NCBI RefSeq assembly: GCF_000025945.1
Contig: NC_006138.1
Span: 1,290,001-1,322,000 of the forward strand
Length of the DNA stretch: 32,000 bases
Origin: Desulfotalea psychrophila LSv54
GTDB lineage: Bacteria > Desulfobacterota > Desulfobulbia > Desulfobulbales > Desulfocapsaceae
Direction of reading: 5' to 3'
Both the position numbers and the translations under genes were made by a program. How positions within the stretch are numbered: position 1 is the stretch's first letter; each line of letters opens with the position of its first letter. The notes under the pieces are model-generated. The model was not told the origin of the DNA, did no database searches, and saw nothing but the letters and a program-made list of their open reading frames with translations. This document shows positions 23,542 to 32,000 of the stretch, piece by piece.

Positions 23542-25182
23542 TTAGTTGGCTGAATCGTCTACCCACGCATTCCAGAAAAAAGGCTGTCCATAGGCCTGAA
23601 AGCCCTTTACCCGTTCGTTAATGCCATAGAGACGGACATCATTAAAGCTCTTTATATACGGGACTTCTTCCCAGAATTTGGCATAAAATTCCTTTACGAT
23701 TTCATACCGTGCCTTCTGATCTGTCGCGACTGCCATTCTCTCGAATATTGCGTCCATTTCGTGAGATCCCTTATCGTCCCAACCAGTGATCCACCCATTG
23801 GTACCTGTCCAGGGCTGGAAGTTCTGGGGGTCGGGGGTCATATCGCTCCATCTGGCGATTCGGATATTCCATTTGCCGCTTGTCTCGTAATCATAAGCGG
23901 TTGCCTCATCATAGAGGTCAACGGAGACATTGAGGCCAATGGCTTTAAGCTGATTTTGCAGGACAAGTGCCGCGTTACTTTCGTACATGTTTGATTTGTC
24001 GCCAATAATGCTGATTGTTTCTCCGCTATATCCAGACTCCTGTACCAGCTTTTTTGCCCTGGCCAGATCGTGCACATTGTACATCTCTTTGCCAGCGTTA
24101 GGGTCATACCAGATATTCCCTTTTTTGAACCAACTTCCGTCTTCAACAGACCAGAATTTTTCATTGCCAATTTGCGCTTGGGCCAGTTCTTTATCATCTA
24201 TGGCGCAGGCCAGGGCTTGTCGCATACGCTTGTTGTCAAAGGGTGGTTTTGCAGAATTGATGGCGATAACGCTGATTGTACCATCATTACAAATAATCGG
24301 TTTGATGCCAGGATAATCGGAGAGTGTAGCGTACTGGTCTGTGGAAACCTCGTCTATGAAGTCGTACTGGCCACTTTGAAGCCCGGCCACGCGCACGCTC
24401 TCTTCCGGAACAAAATCCATGGTGATTTTGTCAAGATAAGGATTTCTCTGGCCGGTAAGGCCTGAAAGTTTTCCTTTTGCAGGCGTATAATTTACATTTT
24501 TTACAAGGACTGCCTTCTGGCCGGGGACGTATTCCCCAATGATATACGGACCGGTGCCAACATAGTCGGTAATGATATTCTCTCCGAATTTGTCCAGAAT
24601 TTTCTTTTCCCGCACATACACCCTTTGCCCGGATACCTGAGAAGCCATGATGCTGAGAATGGGCGCATAGATCTGGTTCAGGGTGATCCTTATTTCATAA
24701 TCATTTATGATATCAACGCTTTTGACTTTGTCTTTGACAATGTGGCCGGCCTGATTCATGCGCAGCCAGCGATCAATGGAGGCCTTTACATCTTCAGCCT
24801 TCATCTCGTGCTGGTCTGAGAATTTCACGCCTTTTCTGAGTTTTATTTCATACTGTTTCGAATCACTGGAAAGCGTGCAGGACTCAGCAAGATACGGTTG
24901 TGGTTGGCCGTTTCCGTCTGTTTCAAAGAGTCCCTCGTACACGTGATTCATGACCTGGGTGGCTTCCCACTGTGTACCAAAATCTGTATCAAGATTGTCA
25001 GGGGCCTTTTGTAGGGCAATTGTAATTTCTCCACCAGAATGTGGTGCGTTAGAAACAGCAGGAGCTTGCTCTGCGGCTACCGACTTTGCTTTTTCGGGCT
25101 GTTCAGAATTGCTCTTACAACCAGCAATAGTGAAGGCTGCAAGGAGCAGCATAAACAGCAGTGTGTATTTTCGTCTTTTCAT
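23542..25182 (-). CDS. ABC transporter substrate-binding lipoprotein, family 5 (peptide/nickel/opine type)
   Basis: 546 aa. Lipobox signal peptide (LLLAAFTIAGC). Family-5 SBP-like length and sequence. Adjacent to Dpp/Opp-type permeases and ATPases. Confidence 0.85.
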   Translation of the reverse strand: MKRRKYTLLFMLLLAAFTIAGCKSNSEQPEKAKSVAAEQAPAVSNAPHSGGEITIALQKAPDNLDTDFGTQWEATQVMNHVYEGLFETDGNGQPQPYLAESCTLSSDSKQYEIKLRKGVKFSDQHEMKAEDVKASIDRWLRMNQAGHIVKDKVKSVDIINDYEIRITLNQIYAPILSIMASQVSGQRVYVREKKILDKFGENIITDYVGTGPYIIGEYVPGQKAVLVKNVNYTPAKGKLSGLTGQRNPYLDKITMDFVPEESVRVAGLQSGQYDFIDEVSTDQYATLSDYPGIKPIICNDGTISVIAINSAKPPFDNKRMRQALACAIDDKELAQAQIGNEKFWSVEDGSWFKKGNIWYDPNAGKEMYNVHDLARAKKLVQESGYSGETISIIGDKSNMYESNAALVLQNQLKAIGLNVSVDLYDEATAYDYETSGKWNIRIARWSDMTPDPQNFQPWTGTNGWITGWDDKGSHEMDAIFERMAVATDQKARYEIVKEFYAKFWEEVPYIKSFNDVRLYGINERVKGFQAYGQPFFWNAWVDDSAN

Positions 25183-25222
25183 CTATTTTCCTTTTTATCA
25201 TGAGATGAGAGTAAATATGCTA

Positions 25223-26143
25223 CTAATCTGAAAGCAAATAATGTGTTTTGCTTACTGCTATCTTTGTGCTCGAGTGTTCTTTTACATCACGAAGCACTTT
25301 CTGATAGGTCTCAGTATCTTTTTGAATATTTGTTGTTGTGAACGCGTCAGCATTCTTGAGTGTGGGTAATGATGCAAATAAAAGCCTGGTATAGCTGTGC
25401 TGTGGATTCTCAAATATTTCGTCGCGCGTACCCTCCTCGACAATTTTACCGTTGCACATCACGCCGATCCTGTCGGTCATATAGCGGACAACCGACAGGT
25501 CATGGGAAATGAACAGGTAAGAAAACCCATACTCTTTCTGAAGATTTTGTAAGAGACAGAGGATTTGGGCCTGGACGAGCAGATCAAGCGCCGAGACCGG
25601 CTCATCACAAATGATCAGCTTTGGATTTGTGGCAATGGCCCTAGCAATACAAATCCTTTGTCGCTGTCCGCCGGAAAATTCATGGGGGTATTTATCCAGA
25701 TGTTCCTTCTCCAGGCCTACACTCTGTAGCAATCTCTCCGCTTCCGCTTGGATATTAGAAGGTTTTTCGGCCCTGATTGAAATCGACTCTGCCAGAAGTG
25801 CACTGATTTTCATTCTTGGATTCAGAGAACCATAAGGATTCTGAAAAATAACCTGAATATTGTGTCGTTTTTTGCGTAATTTCCGTTTTGTCAGCCCGCT
25901 TATGGGAATGCCTTCAAAAAGGATCTGCCCTTGGTCGACATCCAACAGCCGGAGAATCAGCCGTCCTGTTGTTGTCTTGCCACAGCCGGATTCGCCCACC
26001 AGAGCATAGGTTTCACCTCTATGTATAGCAAAGGAAACACGGTCTACCGCCTTGATTACAGACTTTTTCGAAACAAAATTTTTACATATATTTTTTATTT
26101 CGAGTAAAAGAGGAGGCTTTTTGTCTAAATTTTGTTCGATCAT
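25223..26143 (-). CDS. ABC transporter ATP-binding protein (DppF/OppF-like)
   Basis: Walker A GESGCGKTT, signature FSGGQRQRICIARA, Walker B LIICDEPVSALD. Confidence 0.9.
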   Translation of the reverse strand: MIEQNLDKKPPLLLEIKNICKNFVSKKSVIKAVDRVSFAIHRGETYALVGESGCGKTTTGRLILRLLDVDQGQILFEGIPISGLTKRKLRKKRHNIQVIFQNPYGSLNPRMKISALLAESISIRAEKPSNIQAEAERLLQSVGLEKEHLDKYPHEFSGGQRQRICIARAIATNPKLIICDEPVSALDLLVQAQILCLLQNLQKEYGFSYLFISHDLSVVRYMTDRIGVMCNGKIVEEGTRDEIFENPQHSYTRLLFASLPTLKNADAFTTTNIQKDTETYQKVLRDVKEHSSTKIAVSKTHYLLSD

Positions 26144-26188
26144 ATATTGTTGTCCAGCCTGTATATTTATCTCTGAATATTTTTTATA

Positions 26189-28048
26189 TTACAGATAGTT
26201 CCAACATCTTACAGTTCCTGCCCCATCTTCTTTTTGTGTCAGTGGCGGGTGTTCTGTATGGCATTTTTGTGTACTGAGAGTACATCGCGGGGCAAATTTG
26301 CATCCTATGATATTGTCTCCGGGCAGGGGGACGTTTCCTCTGACAAGGGTCAGTTCATCGGTACCGTCATAGAGTTCTTCAGCCGCGCCTATCAGCTTTT
26401 TCGTATAGGGATGGGAAGCCTGTTCTATGATATTGTCCCTCGTGTCCTGCTCAACAATTTCTCCACCGTACATAACCGTTATGTTTTCGGATAAAGAGGC
26501 AATGACCCCCATATCATGGGAGATGATGAGAAGCGCCATGTGATTTGTGTGGATCAGTTTTTTGAGGATTCCCAGGATCTGGGCCTGGATGGTGACATCA
26601 AGGGCTGTTGTGGGCTCGTCTGCGATCAGAAGTTGAGGGTCACAGGATATGGCGATGGCGATGGCGACTCTCTGGCACATACCGCCTGAAAGTTCGTGGG
26701 GATATGATTTAAGTGTTTTTTCAGGATCTTTGATACCCACATCCTGCATGAGCCTGATACAGCGCTGATGAATGCCTGTTTTGCTCAGGCCAAGATGCAA
26801 TCTGATGGGTGCGGAAAGTTGTTGTTTAATGGTAAAAACCGGGTTGAGAGATGTCATGGGTTCCTGGAAGATCATGCCGATTTCTTTCCCACATATTTTT
26901 CGCAAGCTGCTCTCTGAAAGTTCGCTCAGGCAGATATTTCCCCAGTCTATGTGCCCCTTGTCAATATAGATGTTTGGTTCGGTCAGCTTCAGGATGCTCA
27001 TTGCGGTAATGCTTTTCCCACATCCTGATTCCCCGATAATCCCCATGGTTTCGCCGTTGCGGACAGCAAGGGAAATTTCACTGACAATTTTAGTTGTGTG
27101 TTTTTCGTCTGCTGCCACAACGGTCAGGTTTTCTATTCTCAAAAGGTCTTGCATCTCAATATCTCTTGTCTTGTCTGCACCCTGGGGGGGTGCCACGTTT
27201 TTTTGAAAATCAGTTGGTGCGACCCTGCCCTTGGGATCCATTATTTCTCTCAACCCGTCGCCCAGAAGATCCAGGGAAAGGACTATCCATGAAATCACCA
27301 GCCCCGGGAAACCGATGATCCAGGGAGCGATACTGATATAGTTTCGGCCATCGCTGGCCATTCCCCCCAGACTCGGCGTCGGAATTTGTATTCCGACTCC
27401 GAGGAAACTCAGGATTGATTCATTCAAAATGGCCATGGCAAAGGTGTAGGTCATCTGGACGATCAGCGGAGAGGCGATATTTGGGAGTATATAGCGAAAG
27501 ATGATGTAGGTATTTGATTTACCGAGGACTTCGGCTGATTCCACATATTCGGTCGCGAGAACTTCAGCTGTTGCATTTCGTACTACCCGAGCAATCATCG
27601 GAAAATACGAAATGGACAGAGCAATGATGATATTCCTCATGCCTGCCCCCATAATCCCGGCAAGTATGATGGCGAGGATGATCGTGGGGAAAGCCATAAT
27701 GCTATCGACGATGCGCATGATGACTTTTGAGGTGACGGGATAATATGCGGCACTGACGCCCGCAAGAGTACCCACAAGTCCGCTTATAAGGGCTACGGCA
27801 AAGCCGATTATCATGGACATTCTAATGCCACAGATGACTCTGGTGAAGACATCCCGCCCAACATCGTCAGTCCCCATCCAGTGAACAGTGCCCGGAGCAG
27901 TCAACCGTATGGCCGGCGCTGTGAGCAGGGGATCAAAAGCGGAGACGAGCGAACCAATGGTGCTGAACATGAAAACGATGGCTAGAAGCACGGTCCCCGT
28001 AAAAATATACGCGTTTGTTTTTTCTCTTATTTTAAGAATCGTATGCAT
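26189..28048 (-). CDS. fused ABC permease (DppC/OppC-like) and ATP-binding (DppD/OppD-like) protein
   Basis: 619 aa. The N-terminal ~290 aa are a polytopic permease. The C-terminal half has GESGCGKSIT, LSGGMCQRVAIAIA, LLIADEPTTALD and the Cys-rich oligopeptide-transporter C-terminal tail (CKFAPRCTLSTQKC). Its start overlaps the upstream stop (TAATG). Confidence 0.88.
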   Translation of the reverse strand: MHTILKIREKTNAYIFTGTVLLAIVFMFSTIGSLVSAFDPLLTAPAIRLTAPGTVHWMGTDDVGRDVFTRVICGIRMSMIIGFAVALISGLVGTLAGVSAAYYPVTSKVIMRIVDSIMAFPTIILAIILAGIMGAGMRNIIIALSISYFPMIARVVRNATAEVLATEYVESAEVLGKSNTYIIFRYILPNIASPLIVQMTYTFAMAILNESILSFLGVGIQIPTPSLGGMASDGRNYISIAPWIIGFPGLVISWIVLSLDLLGDGLREIMDPKGRVAPTDFQKNVAPPQGADKTRDIEMQDLLRIENLTVVAADEKHTTKIVSEISLAVRNGETMGIIGESGCGKSITAMSILKLTEPNIYIDKGHIDWGNICLSELSESSLRKICGKEIGMIFQEPMTSLNPVFTIKQQLSAPIRLHLGLSKTGIHQRCIRLMQDVGIKDPEKTLKSYPHELSGGMCQRVAIAIAISCDPQLLIADEPTTALDVTIQAQILGILKKLIHTNHMALLIISHDMGVIASLSENITVMYGGEIVEQDTRDNIIEQASHPYTKKLIGAAEELYDGTDELTLVRGNVPLPGDNIIGCKFAPRCTLSTQKCHTEHPPLTQKEDGAGTVRCWNYL

Positions 28049-29001
28049 TATTCGATATCTTGTTTAATCTTGGGATTGACGTATACGCACAGAATGTCCG
28101 TAAGCATGTTTATCATAATGAAAATGACGGTGATAAATATCAGAGTGGCCTGAATAACAGGATAATCTCTGTTGAGTATTGAGGTGATAGTAAGATTCCC
28201 CAGGCCGGGGATATTGAATATTTGTTCTATGACCACGGCCCCGGCAAGCATACTGGCAAAACTGTAGCCAATAACCACGATGATTGAGGGCAAAGAATTT
28301 TTCAGCGCATAATAATAGATGACTTTCCGTTCACTGATGCCAGCTGCCCGAGCCGTTCGCAGGTAATTCTGACTCATTATTTCAAGGGTTGACACCTTGG
28401 TCATTCGCGCAATCTGACCGCAATACATGATACCCAGAATCAGCCCGGGAAGCAGCAGGTCGTAAAGCGCCTTCAAGAAGCCGTACTTGGCAATGGTATG
28501 ATATCCCGCCACAGGAAACAGATGGATTTTAACCGCGAGAAGCTGGATCATGAGGATTGCGGTCCAGAAAGCCGGGACAGAAATGGAAATAAGGACTGGT
28601 AAGGCAAGCAAGTTATCAGCCAATTTCCCGTGATGCCGGGTGGAGAGGATGCCAAGAGGGATGCCAACCATAACGCTGATTAGGGTTCCGAGAATGCCCA
28701 GAATAAATGTGGGCTCTATGCGGTTTAAAATCAGTGGAAATACGGGTGCTCCCAGCGATATAGAGGTTCCGAAATTACAATGGAGGAGATGTTTTAGCCA
28801 AGCGATGAATTGTATGACCAGCGGCTGATCAAGGCCCAGATTTTTCGTCATTCTGGCTACTTGCTCAGCGGGTGCCTGATCTCCGAGCAATGTTCTGATC
28901 GGATCGCCCGGCATGATATGTATGACGAAAAAGGAAAAGACGATGACCATCACAAGTAATGGTAACGAGTGAATCGCGCGTTTTACAATGTATGTGCCCA
29001 A
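28048..29001 (-). CDS. ABC transporter permease (DppB/OppB-like)
   Basis: 317 aa with the typical N-terminus (YIVKRAIHSLPLLVMVIVFSFFVIHIMPGDP). TTG start with GGAG 7 nt upstream. Confidence 0.88.
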   Translation of the reverse strand: MGTYIVKRAIHSLPLLVMVIVFSFFVIHIMPGDPIRTLLGDQAPAEQVARMTKNLGLDQPLVIQFIAWLKHLLHCNFGTSISLGAPVFPLILNRIEPTFILGILGTLISVMVGIPLGILSTRHHGKLADNLLALPVLISISVPAFWTAILMIQLLAVKIHLFPVAGYHTIAKYGFLKALYDLLLPGLILGIMYCGQIARMTKVSTLEIMSQNYLRTARAAGISERKVIYYYALKNSLPSIIVVIGYSFASMLAGAVVIEQIFNIPGLGNLTITSILNRDYPVIQATLIFITVIFIMINMLTDILCVYVNPKIKQDIE

Positions 29002-29323
29002 AAAGACTCCGTTTCAAATGAACAAGGAAGTTAAAAACGACTATCTATAGCATGACCGACAGGGGGCGGCAAATCGTTTATTTGGATACAGAGCAGCTCA
29101 CCTATCGAGAAAAACTATCGAGGAAGAAAGGACCTGCTGGTAAGGGATGGATTGAAGAAAAGTTGAGCGCAAAAAAGTCTCAGCAAAACGGAGGATGTAT
29201 CGGTAGGCCGGTAACTGTGAGAAAGTAATAAAAGAAGTTGAAAGCTAGGAAATTCATTGATTTTTAAGTTACTTAAAGCAAGTCGTACTCTCGTAGAGTA
29301 TCACTTTTCTGCGGGAAGAAAAA

Positions 29324-29611
29324 TCAGTCCCTCTCTGCTCCATTCCGTCTTAGCAAACAGCCTCTCGAACAGGCATTCCTCTTGTTCAAAGCCTTGATTG
29401 CAGCCCTACCTGCTGGAACCCTGTATTCGCGGAGGCTTAATTTGCCATTGATCAACTGTTGGTAGCGATACATTGCTGTTACAGCAAGAGACCTTTGATG
29501 ATACCCTCTGCTTGCTTTCAACGCGCCTTTTCGCAGTGCTTTTACAGTGTCATTTCGTGGGTGGCCGTCTTCCCACATTCCAGCATTCTTCCGTGGTGGA
29601 TGAGCAAACAC
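29324..29611 (-). pseudogene. C-terminal fragment of an IS5-family (IS903-group-like) DDE transposase
   Basis: PPRKNAGMWEDGHPRNDTVKALRK...GYHQRSLAVTAMYRYQQLINGKLSLREY...AAIKALNKRN resembles the conserved C-terminal ~90 aa of IS5/IS903-type transposases (YHRRSLAET..FRFK..G..L..R). There is no room for the N-terminal ~200 aa, and I saw no terminal inverted repeats. Confidence 0.55.
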
Positions 29612-29759
29612 CTTTGACTGTAATATGATAGCAAACTCTCGTGTCCTGCACCATCACCCGATATCTGCTTAATTTAACGACGAAGAGGATTTAATAACGC
29701 CTCCGCCATCCAATTACTTTTTCTTACCAATATTTCTTCCACGGAGAAGATGGCGCTGA

Positions 29760-30200
29760 TTAACCTCTCAATTGTTTTTCTAGCTCAGCTATAATTTTTT
29801 CTTTCTCTTTTATCTGGGCATATGCTTCGGCTGCTGCCTCGTAATTATCTTCTGCAGCCTGAACAGCCTCTTCCTTGGACTGTTCTGCATGGGATAGTTT
29901 CTGGATTGAGGCCTGAACGATATCATCCATTTTACTTTCGAAATCGTTTTCCAAGGCCTCCAATCTTGATGCCTTTTCATCACGGTCTTCTAACGCTGTT
30001 TTGAGCTCCTGCTCTTTTTCGACAAGAGAATCCTGAGCTTCACCTAACTCTTTTTCAAGCAAGGAGAGCTTTTGGGAAAGTTCTTCCGTCCGTGCAAAAT
30101 CTTGACTGTTACCGCCGCCTTTTTTTTGCAAGATCACCGTAGCAACACCGGCTACGATAACAGCAGCCGCATATCCACCCCACATAATCATCGTATCCAT
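29760..30200 (-). CDS. membrane-anchored coiled-coil protein, function unknown
   Basis: 146 aa. One N-terminal TM helix (WGGYAAAVIVAGVATVIL) followed by an E/K/A/L-rich heptad-like sequence. Confidence 0.5.
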   Translation of the reverse strand: MDTMIMWGGYAAAVIVAGVATVILQKKGGGNSQDFARTEELSQKLSLLEKELGEAQDSLVEKEQELKTALEDRDEKASRLEALENDFESKMDDIVQASIQKLSHAEQSKEEAVQAAEDNYEAAAEAYAQIKEKEKIIAELEKQLRG

Positions 30201-30324
30201 CGATCACTCCTGTATAGAAAATTTAGGTTTACATCATTCTATGCCCTTGGCAGTGCTCATATTTTCAATATAAAGCCTATCTCTTTGCGATCATACACAC
30301 AATGTTTTCAACGATTGTTTTTAT

Positions 30325-30392
30325 TTTTTTACGTCACTCTTTTAGTTGAGTCTAAATAACAATAGACACAAACAAAAGAGTGACGTAAAAAA
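30325..30392. repeat. 19-bp perfect inverted repeat with a 30-nt spacer
   Basis: ttttttacgtcactctttt (30325-30343) and aaaagagtgacgtaaaaaa (30374-30392). Lies between the divergent coiled-coil gene and the flavoprotein remnant. Confidence 0.85.
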
Positions 30393-30428
30393 TTATAGAA
30401 TCAGTAATCTTAAGGTAAGGAGACCCAA

Positions 30429-30599
30429 ATGAAAATTTTAGGTATATCAGGCAGTCCGGGAAAAGAAGAACAATCAGGAACCCATGCATTGGTTGAAACC
30501 GTATTTATACTACAGTCAAGGCTGAGTTCATGTAATAAGTGCAACAGACTAAAATTTGCATGTAGACCCCTCCTTCTTTTTTATCATATTTTTTAAGCC
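30429..30599 (+). pseudogene. truncated NADPH-dependent FMN reductase / flavoprotein-type gene (only the N-terminal ~25-30 codons are recognisable)
   Basis: AAGGAG RBS (30417-30422) and ATG at 30429. MKILGISGSPGKEEQSGTHALVETV is the typical N-terminus of this family. The similarity is lost before the 25-bp repeat, and the frame stops after 56 codons. Confidence 0.5.
30534..30558. repeat. 25-bp exact repeat, copy 2 (aataagtgcaacagactaaaatttg)
   Basis: Identical to 19879-19903. Sits at the point where the flavoprotein reading frame degenerates. Confidence 0.9.
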
Positions 30600-31002
30600 T
30601 TTGTCTAACCATGTGAACCTCCTGTTACTTGTATAAAAACGAGTTAATATGGACGCCACAATATCGGGGGAGGATCAAGACCATCGAAATGCATTCGGTG
30701 CAGCCTATTAAATTCCACCAAGTTCAAGTGAGTGTGGATGACCCGCTCCGTTTATAACTATTAGAAACAGTAACAGAAGCCTGTTTTTAAGGGCTGTCTA
30801 ACAGTGTATTCGCGCCCTGTCTGCGACCAGATAAAAGATTCTATCTTAAAAAAGTAAATTTGAAATTTGGTTTGTTTTGTATAGTACAAGTGATAGCATT
30901 AATCTGTATGTTTAATTGATTAAAAAACATCCAATTATAAGGCAATATTTTGGGATTTTTCATGTATTGCATTGTTAGAAAAATTGATTGCTAAGGGAAT
31001 TA

Positions 31003-32000
31003 ATGGTAAAGAAAAAAACAGTTAGTTTTCTCGTGACCACAGCAGTGGCCGGACTATTAATGAGTACATCAGCGAACGCCTGTACCAGCTTACGTCTCGT
31101 GGCTGGAGATGGTGGCGTAGTTGTTGGACGAACAATGGAGTTTGAAGTTGATATGAAATCCAATGTTCTCGTGATTCCGGCTGGTACCGAGATGACGAGT
31201 TCTCTGGCTGATAAGTCCCAAGGCATGAAATATAAAACTAAATATGGAATGATTGGTGCCAATGGTTTCGACCTGCCTATTATAGCGGACGGGATCAATG
31301 ACCAAGGCCTTTATGTCGGCACTCTTCTTCTTCCAGGTTATGCGAGTTATCCTGATGTTGACTCCAAGAATGCATCACGAGCTCTGGCCTCGGAAGACTA
31401 TGGGGCTTGGCTGCTTGCTAACTTTGCTAACGTCGAGGAAGTCAGGGCCAATTTCAACAAAGCCGTTATCGTGAGCCATCCTCTAAAGCCACTTGCTGGC
31501 CAAAGCTTCCCCTTTCATTATGTCGTGCATGATAGCACCGGTGCTGCCGTAGTGATCGAACCCGTTAACAAGGAGATCAAAATCTACGAAGACCCCATTG
31601 GCGTCCTAACAAATTCCCCTCCCTTTGATTGGCAAGTTACCAACCTGAGTAACTACGTTAATTTGAACGTAAACAATGTGCCACCTGTTGACTTGAGTGG
31701 GCTGAAGATTACAAATTACGGACAGGGTAGTGGTATGCACGGTCTTCCAGGAGATTTTACTCCACCGTCCAGATTTGTACGCGCTGTTGTATTTTCTGAG
31801 ACTGCCGTAAAGCTCCCTACAACAGAAAAAACCGTACCTCAAGTATTTCATATTATGAACATGTTTGATATTCCGGTAGGCGCAATGCGTGAAGTCTTAG
31901 GGAAAAAAGTAGTACATGACTACACCAACTGGACCAGTGTTTCTGATCTGAAGCATCTTACATGGGCGTATAAAACATACGATGATCAGTCAATTCGAAG
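31003..32000 (+). CDS. secreted linear-amide C-N hydrolase, choloylglycine hydrolase / penicillin V acylase family (Ntn hydrolase); 3' end outside the window
   Basis: Absent from the ORF track because no stop is reached. Hand translation: MVKKKTVSFLVTTAVAGLLMSTSANA|CTSLRLVAGDGGVVVGRTMEF... The signal peptide ends directly before the nucleophile Cys. Later strings match the family (GINDQGLYVG, VLTNSPPFDWQ, GLPGDFTPPSRF). Confidence 0.8.
   Translation, partial: MVKKKTVSFLVTTAVAGLLMSTSANACTSLRLVAGDGGVVVGRTMEFEVDMKSNVLVIPAGTEMTSSLADKSQGMKYKTKYGMIGANGFDLPIIADGINDQGLYVGTLLLPGYASYPDVDSKNASRALASEDYGAWLLANFANVEEVRANFNKAVIVSHPLKPLAGQSFPFHYVVHDSTGAAVVIEPVNKEIKIYEDPIGVLTNSPPFDWQVTNLSNYVNLNVNNVPPVDLSGLKITNYGQGSGMHGLPGDFTPPSRFVRAVVFSETAVKLPTTEKTVPQVFHIMNMFDIPVGAMREVLGKKVVHDYTNWTSVSDLKHLTWAYKTYDDQSIR

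Noticed and set aside
1-32000. CRISPR arrays, rRNA genes, intact IS elements or prophage structural genes
   Set aside because: I saw no regularly spaced direct repeats of 25-40 bp, no rRNA-like sequence, no full-length transposase with terminal inverted repeats, and no capsid, tail or terminase-like ORFs on either strand.

Overview
The window has four parts. (1) Positions 1-15,350 are an ordinary housekeeping block of a Gram-negative bacterium: pyrH(partial)-frr-uppS-cdsA-dxr-rseP-tsaB-ispG-proS-rel/spoT homologue-Smr protein-FKBP isomerase on the + strand, then crcB and an LptF/G permease on the - strand, then a DHH phosphoesterase and tRNA-Arg(CCU). By eye it resembles a Desulfobulbales-like deltaproteobacterium, but that is only a guess. 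(2) Positions ~15,350-22,320 are a visibly A+T-richer island of about 7 kb. It is inserted at the 3' end of the tRNA and bounded by an ~80-bp imperfect direct repeat (tRNA 3' part plus its terminator hairpin). I see no intact integrase. Its cargo looks like defence or toxin genes: a 470-aa protein with a C-terminal RNxxxH (HEPN) motif and an ApeA-like layout, followed by an unknown 201-aa gene, both preceded by a related hairpin-bearing repeat. It also carries a two-TM SLATT-like protein translationally coupled to a 56-aa Lys/Gly/Pro-rich ORF that the ORF track missed, a Cys/His 134-aa protein, an intact class II-type Fic protein, and a decayed second Fic copy. (3) Positions 22,498-29,001 (- strand) are an Opp/Dpp/Nik-type ABC importer operon with a fused permease-ATPase and a trailing DUF169-like gene. 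(4) Positions 29,000-32,000 are a scarred accessory patch: an IS5-family transposase fragment, a membrane-anchored coiled-coil protein, a 19-bp perfect inverted repeat, and a truncated flavoprotein gene ending at a 25-bp sequence that also occurs inside the island. It ends with a secreted choloylglycine-hydrolase-family (Ntn) gene that runs off the window and is absent from the ORF track. The best candidates for an undescribed system are the HEPN + 201-aa pair and the micro-ORF + SLATT pair. No CRISPR array, rRNA or intact transposase was seen. All domain calls come from motif recognition by eye and need HMM or structure confirmation.
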